Below are positions 20,398-30,100 of a DNA stretch of 64,000 bases, one piece after another. The notes under the pieces were generated by a model. It made no database searches. It saw only the letters and a program-made list of their open reading frames with translations, and was not told the DNA's origin. A program made the translations under genes and the position numbers. This stretch comes from an uncultured Acidobacteriota bacterium. GTDB taxonomy: Bacteria; Acidobacteriota; UBA6911. The stretch is from the NCBI GenBank assembly GCA_963827655.1, contig CAWHCF010000041.1, positions 96,001 to 160,000 of the forward strand, read 5' to 3'. The stretch's first letter is position 1, and every line of letters starts with the position of its first letter.

Positions 20398-21774
20398 ATG
20401 ATTACTCGACGCGACGCGCTCCGAACCATGGGCAGCGGCTTCGGAATGCTTGCGCTGTCAACCCTTATGAAGGGCTCGGAGTCCAGAAGTCCGCTGGCAG
20501 CCAAAGCGCCTCACTTCGCGCCCAAAGCCAAGCATGTCATCTTTCTCTTCCTCAACGGCGGGCCGTCGCAGGTTGATACCTTCGATCCCAAGCCGCTGCT
20601 TACCAAGCACCACGGCCAGCCGATGCCGACGCCTAACCTGAAAACCGAGCGCAAGACCGGGAACTTGCTGTGCTCGCCGTTCAGTTTCAAAAAGTACGGC
20701 CAGAGCGGAATCGAAGTGAGCGAAATATTTTCGCAGGTGGGAGAATGCATCGATGACATCTGCGTCATTCGTTCCATGCATACCGAACGGCCCAACCACG
20801 AGCCTTCGCTTTTCATGATGAACTGCGGCGACAGACTCCCTGGGCGCCCTTCAATGGGATCATGGCTCACTTACGGGCTGGGAACCGAGAACCAGAATCT
20901 ACCTGGCTTCGTTGTGCTCTGTCCCGGTCTACCCGTCATCGGACCGCAGCTCTGGAGTTCCGCTTTTTTGCCCGGAGCCTATCAGGGAATTCACCTGCCG
21001 AATAACGAGAAAGAGCCGGAAAAGCTCATCCCGCACATCCGCAACAAAGACCTCGCGCTGCCCGAGCAGAAACGCCAGCTCGATCTGCTGGGGAGGCTGA
21101 ATCGATTGCACCTGGCCCAGGAGGGACCGGATCCCCAGCTGGAGGCCAGCATTCAATCCCTCGAACTTGCTTACCGCATGCAGAGTGAAGCGCCCGAGGT
21201 TTTCGACCTTGCGAAAGAGAGCGAAGCCACGCGGCAGCGGTACGGCGACGGCGACTTCGCCCGCGGCTGTCTCATGGCTGCCCGGCTGGTCGAGCGGGGC
21301 GTCCGCATGGTGCAGATCTACTTCGGTAACGGCCAGCCCTGGGACAATCATGATGACATCCAGATTCACCGCAAGCTCGCGGCTAAGGCGGACGGAGCCA
21401 TTGCAGCGCTGATCAAGGATCTGAAGGCGCGCGGCCTGCTCCAGGAAACCATCGTGCTCATCGGCGGCGAGTTCGGCCGGACCCCGGTGGTCGAGGTCAG
21501 CGGTCTGGTCAACGTGCAGAACGGACGCGACCACAACAGCCACGGCTTCTTCATGCTGCTCGCAGGCGGCGGGATAAAAGGGGGCATCACTTACGGGGCA
21601 ACCGACGACTTCGGCTTCAAGGCCGTGGAAAAACCGGTTCACCCCCACGACCTGCACGCCACCATTCTGCACCTTTTCGGTCTCGATCACACCCGTCTCA
21701 CCTACCGGTACAGCGGCCGAGACTTTCGATTGACGGATGTACACGGCCAGGTGATCAAGGACATTCTGGCGTAG
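20398..21774 (+). CDS. DUF1501 (sulfatase-like) Tat protein
   Basis: 'TRRDAL', 'GGPSQVDTFDPKP', 'GEFGRTP', 'GRDFRLTDV'. Confidence 0.92.
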   Translation: MITRRDALRTMGSGFGMLALSTLMKGSESRSPLAAKAPHFAPKAKHVIFLFLNGGPSQVDTFDPKPLLTKHHGQPMPTPNLKTERKTGNLLCSPFSFKKYGQSGIEVSEIFSQVGECIDDICVIRSMHTERPNHEPSLFMMNCGDRLPGRPSMGSWLTYGLGTENQNLPGFVVLCPGLPVIGPQLWSSAFLPGAYQGIHLPNNEKEPEKLIPHIRNKDLALPEQKRQLDLLGRLNRLHLAQEGPDPQLEASIQSLELAYRMQSEAPEVFDLAKESEATRQRYGDGDFARGCLMAARLVERGVRMVQIYFGNGQPWDNHDDIQIHRKLAAKADGAIAALIKDLKARGLLQETIVLIGGEFGRTPVVEVSGLVNVQNGRDHNSHGFFMLLAGGGIKGGITYGATDDFGFKAVEKPVHPHDLHATILHLFGLDHTRLTYRYSGRDFRLTDVHGQVIKDILA

Positions 21775-21854
21775 CGCGCTTTAACGCCAAGACACGAAGA
21801 CACTGATTCGAACTTAGAGTCCTGGCGTCTTTGCGGTGAATTGACTGCTAATCT

Positions 21855-23153
21855 ATGCAAATAAGAACTCTGTCACTGATTGCAATACTGTTTGTTACGG
21901 CCCCGGCTGCTCGGGCACAAATCCGAGCCGGCGTCGGGGAGGGAAACATCACGCCGCCTGCGGGCACACCGTCGGCCGGCTACGGAAACCGCCTGGGACG
22001 CGGAATGACGGGCGTTCACGATCCTCTACTGGCGCGCGCGCTCGTGCTCGACGACGGAACCAAGACGATTGCGCTGATTGGGGTCGACCACCTCGGATAC
22101 AACTCCGCGATGGTGCAGGCCGTCAAGAAGGCGGTGCGCGAGAACCCGGCAACCGCGCGCTGGGAAGTCTATCTCGGATCCTCCCACACGCACGCCGGCG
22201 GGGGTGCCTACTTGAACCTGCCGGGGTTGGGTGAGCTCCTGGCGGGCAAATTTGATCCGGCAATCCTTCAACTCTATGTCGAAGGCGCGGCCAAGGCAGT
22301 CTTCGCCGCCGCCGCCAGACTCGAGCCGGCCAGAGTAGGGGTTGGGTACGGAACCGCCGAAAGCCTCAACCGCTACCGGGGAGACTGGCCGCCTAACGTA
22401 AAGACACTCGACGATGTGGCGGTGATCAAGGTAACCCGGGCAGACGGCTCTCCCCTGGGAGTCTTATTCAACTTCGCGGCCCACGCGACGGTTCTAGGCG
22501 GTTCGAACATGGAATTCTCGGCCGACTTCGTCGGTTACGCGCGCAAGCACACCGAGGCCCTGATCGGCGGAGGCGTAAGCTCGGTTTACTTCAACGGCGC
22601 CCAGGGAGACGTCGCGCCCCGCGCGCCCGGCAGCGGCGACGCTTTTCAGAAATGCGAAGCCATGGGAAAGGCTCTGGCCGAGGCGGTCAAGCGTACCTGG
22701 GATGCCACGGAGGTTTCCAGCCAGCTGAAAATCAATTCCGCGCATCACACCTATGAGCTCGAACCGAAAACCACCGGAACCGGCCAGGATATTCGCATCG
22801 GTTCGCAGTCTACCGAAGTCAACGCGATTGTATTCAATGACCGGCACGCGTTCGTGACCATTCCGGGCGAGCTGAGTTGCATCTATGACGCCGATATCAA
22901 GCGCTTTGGCGGATGGCTCGGCTTCACACAAGTCTCGATTCTCGGATTGACCAACGACGCCCACGGCTACATCATCACCCCCGAGTCGTGGCGGCACCAG
23001 ACCTACGAATCGTCTTTGTCGTTCGGAGGTGAGTTCTACGGAGAGCGATTGAAGGATGTGGTGTATGCGCTCTTGCATGCCCTCGAGCCCGCCGGTGCTT
23101 ACAACAAGGATAAAGCCAGGCGATCTTCAGTCCTCTCAGTCCCAGTCCGATAG
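21855..23153 (+). CDS. Neutral/alkaline ceramidase N-terminal-domain protein
   Basis: 'HDPLLARAL', 'SHTHAG', 'NFAAHAT', 'GAQGDV'; signal peptide. Confidence 0.8.
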   Translation: MQIRTLSLIAILFVTAPAARAQIRAGVGEGNITPPAGTPSAGYGNRLGRGMTGVHDPLLARALVLDDGTKTIALIGVDHLGYNSAMVQAVKKAVRENPATARWEVYLGSSHTHAGGGAYLNLPGLGELLAGKFDPAILQLYVEGAAKAVFAAAARLEPARVGVGYGTAESLNRYRGDWPPNVKTLDDVAVIKVTRADGSPLGVLFNFAAHATVLGGSNMEFSADFVGYARKHTEALIGGGVSSVYFNGAQGDVAPRAPGSGDAFQKCEAMGKALAEAVKRTWDATEVSSQLKINSAHHTYELEPKTTGTGQDIRIGSQSTEVNAIVFNDRHAFVTIPGELSCIYDADIKRFGGWLGFTQVSILGLTNDAHGYIITPESWRHQTYESSLSFGGEFYGERLKDVVYALLHALEPAGAYNKDKARRSSVLSVPVR

Positions 23154-23183
23154 CGTGTCATCCTTCCCGGAAAGCGAGAAGCC

Positions 23184-23957
23184 ATGAACAAACCCAAGAC
23201 CGTACTCATCACCGGCGCCGCAGGGAACCTTGGAGCCAAACTGCGGCAGCATCTGGAAGGACGGTATAGACTGGTGCTGCTTGATATCGATCCACGTGGC
23301 GACGGCGCGATCGTCCAGGCTGATTTGAGCACCTGGACCAAAGGCTGGCTCGATCTATTCCAGGGGGTCGACGCCGTAGTTCATTTTGCAGCCGACCCGA
23401 CGGCTTTTCAAACCTGGCCGAAGTTGATCGCCCCCAACCTGGATGTTCTGATCAACGTTTATCAGGCTTCGGCCCAGGCCGGCGTCAAACGCATGATCTA
23501 CGCCAGCTCGAACCATGTCATGGGAGGCTACCAGAATGTTCCACAACCGGCGGGAATCACCACCGACATACCCCCCAGGCCGGGCACGCAATATGTAGCG
23601 GATGGACAAGCGCGCGACTCAACACCATACGGGTCGGCCAAGCTGTTCGGCGAGCGGCTGGGCAAGTGCTATGCCGAGAGTCATGGACTGTCAGTGATTG
23701 CCGTGCGCATCGGGTGGGTCAAAGCCGGCGACAACCGGCCCGCGGACCTTCCTCTCGAGCGCGGTCCGTGGTTCCGGCTGATGTGGTTGTCGAATCGCGA
23801 TTTCTGCCATCTCATGGAACGCTGTGTCGAAGCCGATGTCGCAATGCCCTTCGCGGTTATCAATGGAATGTCGGCCAACACCGGAATGCGCTGGGATATC
23901 GAGTACACCCGCAAGCTGGTGGGGTACGAGCCGAAGGACGACGTCACGCGCGGCTAG
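23184..23957 (+). CDS. NAD-dependent epimerase/dehydratase (uronate dehydrogenase-like)
   Basis: TGAAGNLG, ASSNH, YGSAK. Confidence 0.85.
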   Translation: MNKPKTVLITGAAGNLGAKLRQHLEGRYRLVLLDIDPRGDGAIVQADLSTWTKGWLDLFQGVDAVVHFAADPTAFQTWPKLIAPNLDVLINVYQASAQAGVKRMIYASSNHVMGGYQNVPQPAGITTDIPPRPGTQYVADGQARDSTPYGSAKLFGERLGKCYAESHGLSVIAVRIGWVKAGDNRPADLPLERGPWFRLMWLSNRDFCHLMERCVEADVAMPFAVINGMSANTGMRWDIEYTRKLVGYEPKDDVTRG

Positions 23958-24003
23958 CTCCGCGTCCCCTTCGTGTCTTTGCGTCCTGGCGGTATTTGTT
24001 GCT

Positions 24004-25185
24004 TCAGACTTTCACAAACCAGCGGCGCCGGAACATCACGTACGAAACCGCGAAAAACAGCAAGACGTAGGTCAGAGCGTAGAGGAGCGAAGCATTTATG
24101 GGAGAAGCCAGCGGAGCGTAAATCCGGTCGAAAATAAATCGGCCGAGCGTCAGGCTCGTGCCGTCGTTTCCGGCAATCCTGATCACGCCCAATGTCTTCG
24201 CCAGAAGTCCCGCGAGTACATAGACGGCAATCGCGTTCATTCCATAGATGGCGAAAGGCATGGCCCATCGCTTGTATCCCTTCACATCCGCAAGCCAATA
24301 ACAGAATCCAAATATTACGGAAGCCATCCCGGCCATGAATACTGCGTAAGAACTTGTCCACAGGTTCTTGTTTATCGGGAGCCACACACCCATCAGCAGC
24401 CCCGCGGCCAGCAGCGCGCCCCCCGTGATGAGCAGCCCTGCGGTTTTCTCTCCCGGGCTTCTCTGAGAGCGCAGCAGGTGACCGGTAAGGATGCCAAAAA
24501 GTGTGGTTGCAATAGCCGGAAGCGTGCTGACGATACCCTCGGGATCCCAGGTCTTCGTGGCGGCCCACATGTGTCCGTTCAGAAACAGTCCGTCTATGTA
24601 CTGGGCGAGATTGCCTTCTCTATCCAGCACTCCCGCCCCGTAACCCGGGACCGGGACAAGCTTCATCAGAAGCCAATAGACGAGCAGCAGCCCTGCGGTC
24701 CAGAATGCCTGGCCGCGAATGCTCGTCGTGAGATAAATGACCGCCCCAATCAGATAGCACACGGCGATCCGCTGCAAGACTCCGGGGATCCGAAGAGTCG
24801 AAAGATCGTAATAAGGAAATCCGTTAAGAAGCAAGCCGAGGGCGAAGATCAGCGCGGCGCGGCGAATCGTGTGCAGCAGGAGTATCTTCCGGTCGGCTCC
24901 CTGTGCTAAACGCCGGGCAAACGACAGGGTCATCGCCACGCCGACTATCCAGAGGAAAAACGGGAAAATGATGTCTGTGAATGTCCAGCCGTGCCAGATC
25001 GCGTGGCGCAGCGGAGGATAGACGGCATTCCATGTGCCCGGATTGTTGACCAGCATCATGGAGGCTATGGTTGCGCCTCGAAATACATCGAGCGAGAGGA
25101 GCCTCGGCTGAGCGCCGGTATCGGGCTCCGGTTTACCCTGCCGGGACGCCCTCGTTTCTAGTTTCGGACTGATAATCGTCGACAT
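24004..25185 (-). CDS. Heparan-alpha-glucosaminide N-acetyltransferase / NagX-like membrane protein
   Basis: 'RLLSLDVFRG', 'MLVNNPG', 'PGVLQRIA', 'DPEG', 'PINKNLWTSSY'. Confidence 0.88.
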   Translation of the reverse strand: MSTIISPKLETRASRQGKPEPDTGAQPRLLSLDVFRGATIASMMLVNNPGTWNAVYPPLRHAIWHGWTFTDIIFPFFLWIVGVAMTLSFARRLAQGADRKILLLHTIRRAALIFALGLLLNGFPYYDLSTLRIPGVLQRIAVCYLIGAVIYLTTSIRGQAFWTAGLLLVYWLLMKLVPVPGYGAGVLDREGNLAQYIDGLFLNGHMWAATKTWDPEGIVSTLPAIATTLFGILTGHLLRSQRSPGEKTAGLLITGGALLAAGLLMGVWLPINKNLWTSSYAVFMAGMASVIFGFCYWLADVKGYKRWAMPFAIYGMNAIAVYVLAGLLAKTLGVIRIAGNDGTSLTLGRFIFDRIYAPLASPINASLLYALTYVLLFFAVSYVMFRRRWFVKV

Positions 25186-25200
25186 GTTTCGCGCCCCTTA

Positions 25201-25433
25201 GGGCTCGCGCAGAAATAACTTCACATTCTGGCGCGAGAGTCCGGTGGTCAATCATGAACCGGTTTCTGTTCGCCAAGCACGCTGAGGATCGCGCCCCTTC
25301 GGGCCGCGGCCCGCAGGCCCGCTGGCTTTGTTGCTCCCTCCTCACGTACCGCGACGGGTATGCGTCGCCACTCGCGCCTCGCCAGCGGGCCGGGGGCCTG
25401 CAGCAGAATGCGAACTTATTTCTGCGCGAACCC
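25201..25433 (+). mobile_element. MITE family A, copy 2
   Basis: About 30-bp TIRs; TTA on both flanks; the right TTA is the asparaginase stop codon. Confidence 0.88.
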
Positions 25434-25949
25434 TTAGCGGTCAGGTTGCTCCAAGTTAGTTTCTTCGAATTGCCCCGTCTTCCGGTTCTTCCTGACCCGA
25501 TCCCAGTGAAAGTATCTGCCGTTCATCGCTATGTAAACACCGGGCGAGAGGCTCTGAGCGAACGCCAGGGCGCTTCCTAAATTGAACAGACCATCCGAGC
25601 TCCCGAATTTGTACGGAATCATAGCTCCGGTCAGAACGATCGTCTTCTGACGGACGGCCTTTCCCAGGACTTCGGCCGTCTGCTCCATGGTATCGGTTCC
25701 GTGCGTGACGATGATTCTGGACTCGCGCGAGTTCAGACAATGCTTCAGTATTGTGCGCCTGTGCCGGTCCGTCATCTCGAGACTGTCGATCATCATAAGG
25801 GTTCGAACTGAAACCTTCAACCTGGAGCGCCCGAGCGCCAGCATTTCCGGAACGTGAGTGTCTTTAAAAAAGAGCGTACCATTCAGTTCGTTGTACTCTT
25901 TATCAAAGGTCCCTCCGGTTACAAAGATTCTAATCGCCGTTTTGGACAT
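25434..25949 (-). CDS. Asparaginase-domain protein (short type)
   Basis: 'TGGTFDK', 'HGTDTM', 'LTGAM'. Confidence 0.85.
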   Translation of the reverse strand: MSKTAIRIFVTGGTFDKEYNELNGTLFFKDTHVPEMLALGRSRLKVSVRTLMMIDSLEMTDRHRRTILKHCLNSRESRIIVTHGTDTMEQTAEVLGKAVRQKTIVLTGAMIPYKFGSSDGLFNLGSALAFAQSLSPGVYIAMNGRYFHWDRVRKNRKTGQFEETNLEQPDR

Positions 25950-26012
25950 GACTCTTGCGTATGCCTCATCAACCACAAAGACACGAAACACGAAGAAACT
26001 CCAAGAATAACG

Positions 26013-26987
26013 TCATCTCACGGGAACCGCATTCTTCGCCACATAATCTTCGAGTTGATCGCCAGGTCCGATGTGGTGATAAGCCTCGGCATATTCAAGT
26101 CCGTATTTCCGTCCGACCTGCCGATCGCGCTCGCGAAACCTGAGATTGACATACTCCCGAATGGCAGCGTCGTCATCCCGTTCGAGCGCCGGAAGCCGCA
26201 GATTTCTGGCGGCCAGACTCTGTTTGAGCTGGCCTACCATATTCTTGATCATCGTCCTGTTGGCGCGGATCACCGACATCTTCTTGTCAATCGTGGAGGA
26301 AATGTCGACCACGCGGTTCACGAGCTGGGGACCGCGGGCAAAATAGTATTTTTCTTGCACGCCGTGCGGCTTCAGCCCGGCTGCAAAATGCTCCGGGTAA
26401 TCCAGCCTGCCGCCGGCCATCCAACATGCCGACTCCACACACTGCGCCGTAACATAGTGGTCGGGGTTTTCTTCGTAATGACCCCAGGGATCGTAGCAGA
26501 AGATCGTGTCCACCTTGAGCAAGCGAAAAAGAAAGAGCAGACGGGCCCGCATTTCGACTCGGGACACATCGTCCATTCGATGGTTGCGATAGTTCAGGTT
26601 GAAGACCTGTTTGAGCCCCAGCTCCTTCGCCATCGCCTCTGTTTCCCGCTCGTTCGCCAGCACGGTTTCGCCCATGCTGAGGTCGAATGAATCCTTCTCA
26701 TCGTTGCTGGTCCGGATCAAGTAGCCGGTATAACCTTCGTTCAGGAGTTTAGCTATCGTGCCGGCCGCGAAAATCGGGGCGTCATCCGAGTGAGGTTCTA
26801 TTACGGCGAGCACCTTGCCGGTGTGGGGTTTGTCTCGCGCCGGGCGTTCGATGACCAGGTCGCCGCCCTGGGTGACGTCTCCGGGCGCAGTCTGGCGCGC
26901 AGCCTGGCCGGCTACAGCTTCATTCGCACCCGAAAGGGCGCTTCCTGCGAGCGTCGCGCTGACAAATTCACGTCGATTCATCATCAT
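26013..26987 (-). CDS. PIG-L/LmbE family deacetylase with Tat signal
   Basis: 'NRREF', 'PHSDD', 'NPDH'. Confidence 0.85.
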   Translation of the reverse strand: MMMNRREFVSATLAGSALSGANEAVAGQAARQTAPGDVTQGGDLVIERPARDKPHTGKVLAVIEPHSDDAPIFAAGTIAKLLNEGYTGYLIRTSNDEKDSFDLSMGETVLANERETEAMAKELGLKQVFNLNYRNHRMDDVSRVEMRARLLFLFRLLKVDTIFCYDPWGHYEENPDHYVTAQCVESACWMAGGRLDYPEHFAAGLKPHGVQEKYYFARGPQLVNRVVDISSTIDKKMSVIRANRTMIKNMVGQLKQSLAARNLRLPALERDDDAAIREYVNLRFRERDRQVGRKYGLEYAEAYHHIGPGDQLEDYVAKNAVPVR

Positions 26988-27044
26988 CCTCCGATTACAA
27001 TTCCTTGATGGGTGTCTTCTGCATTTCACCAAGACCCGAAGACG

Positions 27045-27131
27045 CTAAGGTTCGTTCGGGACTTCGCCCGAACGAAAGGACCCCTTGTGAACGACAGCAT
27101 GTTGGTTTGAACGTTTCACCAAGCGCTTAAG
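27045..27131 (+). mobile_element. Family B ~85-bp hairpin element, copy A
   Basis: Starts CTAAG-GTTCGTTCGGGacttcgCCCGAACGAA and ends GCGCTTAAG; homologous to 39778-39860 and 48947-49033. Confidence 0.75.
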
Positions 27132-27173
27132 AACCGCTGAGCGTCACACATCATAATCGAATTTGGAGCCGCG

Positions 27174-28721
27174 ATGAATGGAGCCGAGAGCCTGATCCGA
27201 ACAGCCGTTGCCGCCGGAGTTGAAGTTTGCTTTGCCAATCCAGGAACCACCGAAATGCCGCTGGTGATCGCTCTCGATACAGTTCCCGGAATGCGCGCCG
27301 TGCTTGGACTCTTCGAAGGAGCTTGCACCGGCGCGGCCGACGGTTACGGCAGAATGTCGGGAAAACCGGCGCTGACGCTTCTCCACCTGGGTCCCGGATT
27401 CGCGAACGGCATTGCCAATCTACACAATGCGCGGCGCGCGCGGTCACCGATCGTAAACCTGATCGGCGACCACGCTACGTGGCACGTGGGCTACGATGCG
27501 CCTCTTACCTCGGATATCGTATCGCTGGCTAAACCCGTATCCGCGTGGGTCCATACCACGCGCACCGCAAGCGAAACCGCCAGGGATGGTGCAGAAGCCA
27601 TAGCGGCTGCGCTTCGCTACCCAGGACACGTCGCGACCCTTATCGTACCTTCCGATTGCCAGCAGGGAGAATCCGGGGGGCCGTTGGCCCCTCATCCCCG
27701 CCAGGCAGCCGCCTCGGTGCCTGAGAGCGCACTGTCCGATAGCGTGACAGCGCTGAGGAGCGGGAAACCCGCGGCGCTCCTGCTCGGCGGGCCTGCGCTG
27801 CTGGAACGCGGGCTCCGCGCCGGAGCGACCATCGCAGCCAGCACGGGCTGCCGGCTTCTGTGCGACACCTTCCCGGCTCGATTGGAGCGCGGCGCGGGGT
27901 TGCCGCTGGTGGAGAAGCTTCCCTATTTTCCGGAACAGGCTATCGAGATGCTCTCCCGATTTGCTTTCTTGATCCTGGCCGGAACATCCGCACCTGTATC
28001 CTTCTTCGGCTACCCAGGGATTCCGAGCCGGCTCACCCCGGCAGAATGCGCTCCGGTCGTCCTGTCGCGACCAGACGAGGACACTGTGGGCGCGCTCGAG
28101 GCACTGGCCGGCAGGCTGAACGCCGGCAAGGACAAAGGGATTGCGGTTCCGGCCGGGCGACCGGCTCGTCCCGTGGGCGCGCTTACACCCCGGAGTCTCG
28201 GTGAGGCCGTCGCAGCCCTTCAGCCCGAAGGAACGATCATCATGGACGAAGGAGCCACGTCGGGGCTTCCGCATTTTCTGGTTTCGGCGGGCGCGCCGCG
28301 CTTCACCTATCTAACCATCACCGGGGGCGCCATTGGCCAGGGACTGCCGTGCGCGACGGGGGCTGCCGTGGCCTGCCCGGACCGAAGAGTGGTGGCGCTT
28401 CAGGCGGACGGAAGCGGAATGTACACGTTGCAGGCTCTCTGGACCCAGGCTCGCGAGGGACTCGATGTCACGACGATTGTGTGCGCCAACAGGAGCTACC
28501 GGGTCCTGCGGGTCGAACTCGCCCGCGCCGGCGTGACGGAGCCCGGGCCGCAGGCTGTCGCCCTTACCGATCTTACGCGGCCGGTGATCGACTGGGTCGA
28601 GCTGGCGCGCGGTATGGGCGTACGCGCCGCGCGGGTCGAGACGGCCGACGCGCTCGTGCTTGAATTCGAGCGCGCCTTGGCCGAACCGGGGCCGAACTTG
28701 ATCGAGGCGATCCTGCCGTGA
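27174..28721 (+). CDS. Thiamine diphosphate enzyme (acetolactate synthase large subunit-like)
   Basis: 'CFANPGTTE', 'TLLHLGPG', '[18 protein letters not shown]'. Confidence 0.88.
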   Translation: MNGAESLIRTAVAAGVEVCFANPGTTEMPLVIALDTVPGMRAVLGLFEGACTGAADGYGRMSGKPALTLLHLGPGFANGIANLHNARRARSPIVNLIGDHATWHVGYDAPLTSDIVSLAKPVSAWVHTTRTASETARDGAEAIAAALRYPGHVATLIVPSDCQQGESGGPLAPHPRQAAASVPESALSDSVTALRSGKPAALLLGGPALLERGLRAGATIAASTGCRLLCDTFPARLERGAGLPLVEKLPYFPEQAIEMLSRFAFLILAGTSAPVSFFGYPGIPSRLTPAECAPVVLSRPDEDTVGALEALAGRLNAGKDKGIAVPAGRPARPVGALTPRSLGEAVAALQPEGTIIMDEGATSGLPHFLVSAGAPRFTYLTITGGAIGQGLPCATGAAVACPDRRVVALQADGSGMYTLQALWTQAREGLDVTTIVCANRSYRVLRVELARAGVTEPGPQAVALTDLTRPVIDWVELARGMGVRAARVETADALVLEFERALAEPGPNLIEAILP

Positions 28722-28788
28722 AGTCGAGAATCTTCGTGTTTTTAGCGTCCCGGTGTCTTCGTGGTTAGCGCTGGAGTACAATTTCGCG

Positions 28789-29211
28789 ATGAGACGAGAG
28801 ATCTCTGCAGGATGCGTGATTTACCGGAAAGAGGCCGATGAGATAAAGGCCGTGCTCATCCGCCCGCGAGATCGGGATGCGTGGGCGCTCCCTAAAGGGC
28901 TGCTCGATCCGGGCGAATCTTCCGAAGCGGCGGCCGAGCGCGAGACCCGGGAAGAAACGGGATTGCATGGCAGACTGGCTGCGAAGATCGACACGGTCAA
29001 ATACACTTACACGGCGAAATGGGAAAATCCCCCCTCCAAGGTATTCAAGATCGTCACTTATTACCTCATGGAGTATGTCGATGGAGATGCCTCGCAACAC
29101 GATTGGGAAGTGGAGAGAGTTGAGTGGTTTCCTATCGACGAGGCGATCAAACTGGCCAGCTACCCGTCCGAAAAAGCTGTCCTGAGAAAGGCTAAGAGCG
29201 CGCTGTTGTGA
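28789..29211 (+). CDS. NUDIX hydrolase
   Basis: Nudix box 'PKG--DPGESSEAAAERETREETG'. Confidence 0.9.
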   Translation: MRREISAGCVIYRKEADEIKAVLIRPRDRDAWALPKGLLDPGESSEAAAERETREETGLHGRLAAKIDTVKYTYTAKWENPPSKVFKIVTYYLMEYVDGDASQHDWEVERVEWFPIDEAIKLASYPSEKAVLRKAKSALL

Positions 29212-29442
29212 GCCGTTTCGTTACCCTGGTTTACTCCAAAGAGACCGTCTTTGGTGAATGACAATGCCGAAATTGTCACAAGGCCCCACGAAGAGCACCC
29301 ATGGACAAGAGAGATTCTCCTTGCAGGAAGAACCCTCCGCAATCAGCTTGGCGACCGAGCCGTCATCGAATCCGACCCATCCCGTTCTATCTTCTATTGG
29401 CCCGCTGAAGCAAATTCCGATTGGTCGTATGACCCTGGTGAG

Positions 29443-29763
29443 TCACTCCTCGCCCACATTCGCCTCGACACTGCTAATGTATGCGCCTCTGACGTGCAAC
29501 ACATGAACTCTTCGACCTTGGATCATAAACAGCACACGATAGCGTCCAACGATCATTTGCCGGATTTCTTCCTGGAACTCATCGTTCTCCGGCGCCAGCG
29601 GACAACCGGTTGGAATAGTTGTGAGCTGTTTCATCATCGCGGCGCGTAAGTCGCGTACCCACTTATGCGCTTGCGCCTTGCCCCAAACACGACACCCCCA
29701 GTCATAGGAGCGCTGCACGTCTGTCTGCGCCGGCTCCTCAATGACCACCTGATACTTTTTCAT
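29443..29763 (-). CDS. Type II toxin, RelE/ParE family
   Basis: 'YQVVIEEPAQTD...CPLAPE...YRVLFMIQGRRVHVLHVR'. Confidence 0.85.
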   Translation of the reverse strand: MKKYQVVIEEPAQTDVQRSYDWGCRVWGKAQAHKWVRDLRAAMMKQLTTIPTGCPLAPENDEFQEEIRQMIVGRYRVLFMIQGRRVHVLHVRGAYISSVEANVGEE

Positions 29764-29769
29764 CGCCGC

Positions 29770-30066
29770 TCAGTCGAGCTTATTTGTGGAGAAGAACTCG
29801 GCAAAGAACTTATCGGCTGGCTTACCACGTTTTGCCTTCATGCTTTCGAGACCACTCCGGATGCCTTCAATTGCTTCCAGGCGCTCTTTGGCCTCCACAA
29901 GTCGCTGGTAGCTCTCGGCATCCTGCACGACCAGCGCAGCTCGCCCGTTTACCGTCAAAACCATCGGCTTCTTGGTCCTTCTCATTTGGCGCATGAGCTT
30001 GGCTGTATCGCGCTTGAAAGTGCTCAGGCTCTGAATGTCTCGTGCCAGTTTCATCTCAGCGGGCAC
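29770..30066 (-). CDS. Type II antitoxin, Phd/YefM family
   Basis: 'DIQSLSTFKR...PMVLTVNGRAALVVQDAESY'; directly upstream of the toxin. Confidence 0.85.
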   Translation of the reverse strand: MPAEMKLARDIQSLSTFKRDTAKLMRQMRRTKKPMVLTVNGRAALVVQDAESYQRLVEAKERLEAIEGIRSGLESMKAKRGKPADKFFAEFFSTNKLD

Positions 30067-30100
30067 CAGGCTGGCATCTCCTCAAGACATCAATGCCAGG

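Noticed and set aside
17693-21774. DUF1549/DUF1553 + DUF1501 pair as a novel system
   Set aside because: This is a well-known, highly multicopy pair in Planctomycetes and Acidobacteria, although its function is unresolved.
25254-25580. Recurrent ORFs 'EDRAPSG-GPQARWLCCSLLTYR' (also 36099, 47149, 8763)
   Set aside because: These are translations of MITE A; frames and lengths differ between copies.
29212-29440. Possible gene remnant or att site beside the TA pair
   Set aside because: I could not identify a protein motif, a tRNA fragment or a matching direct repeat at the other island end.
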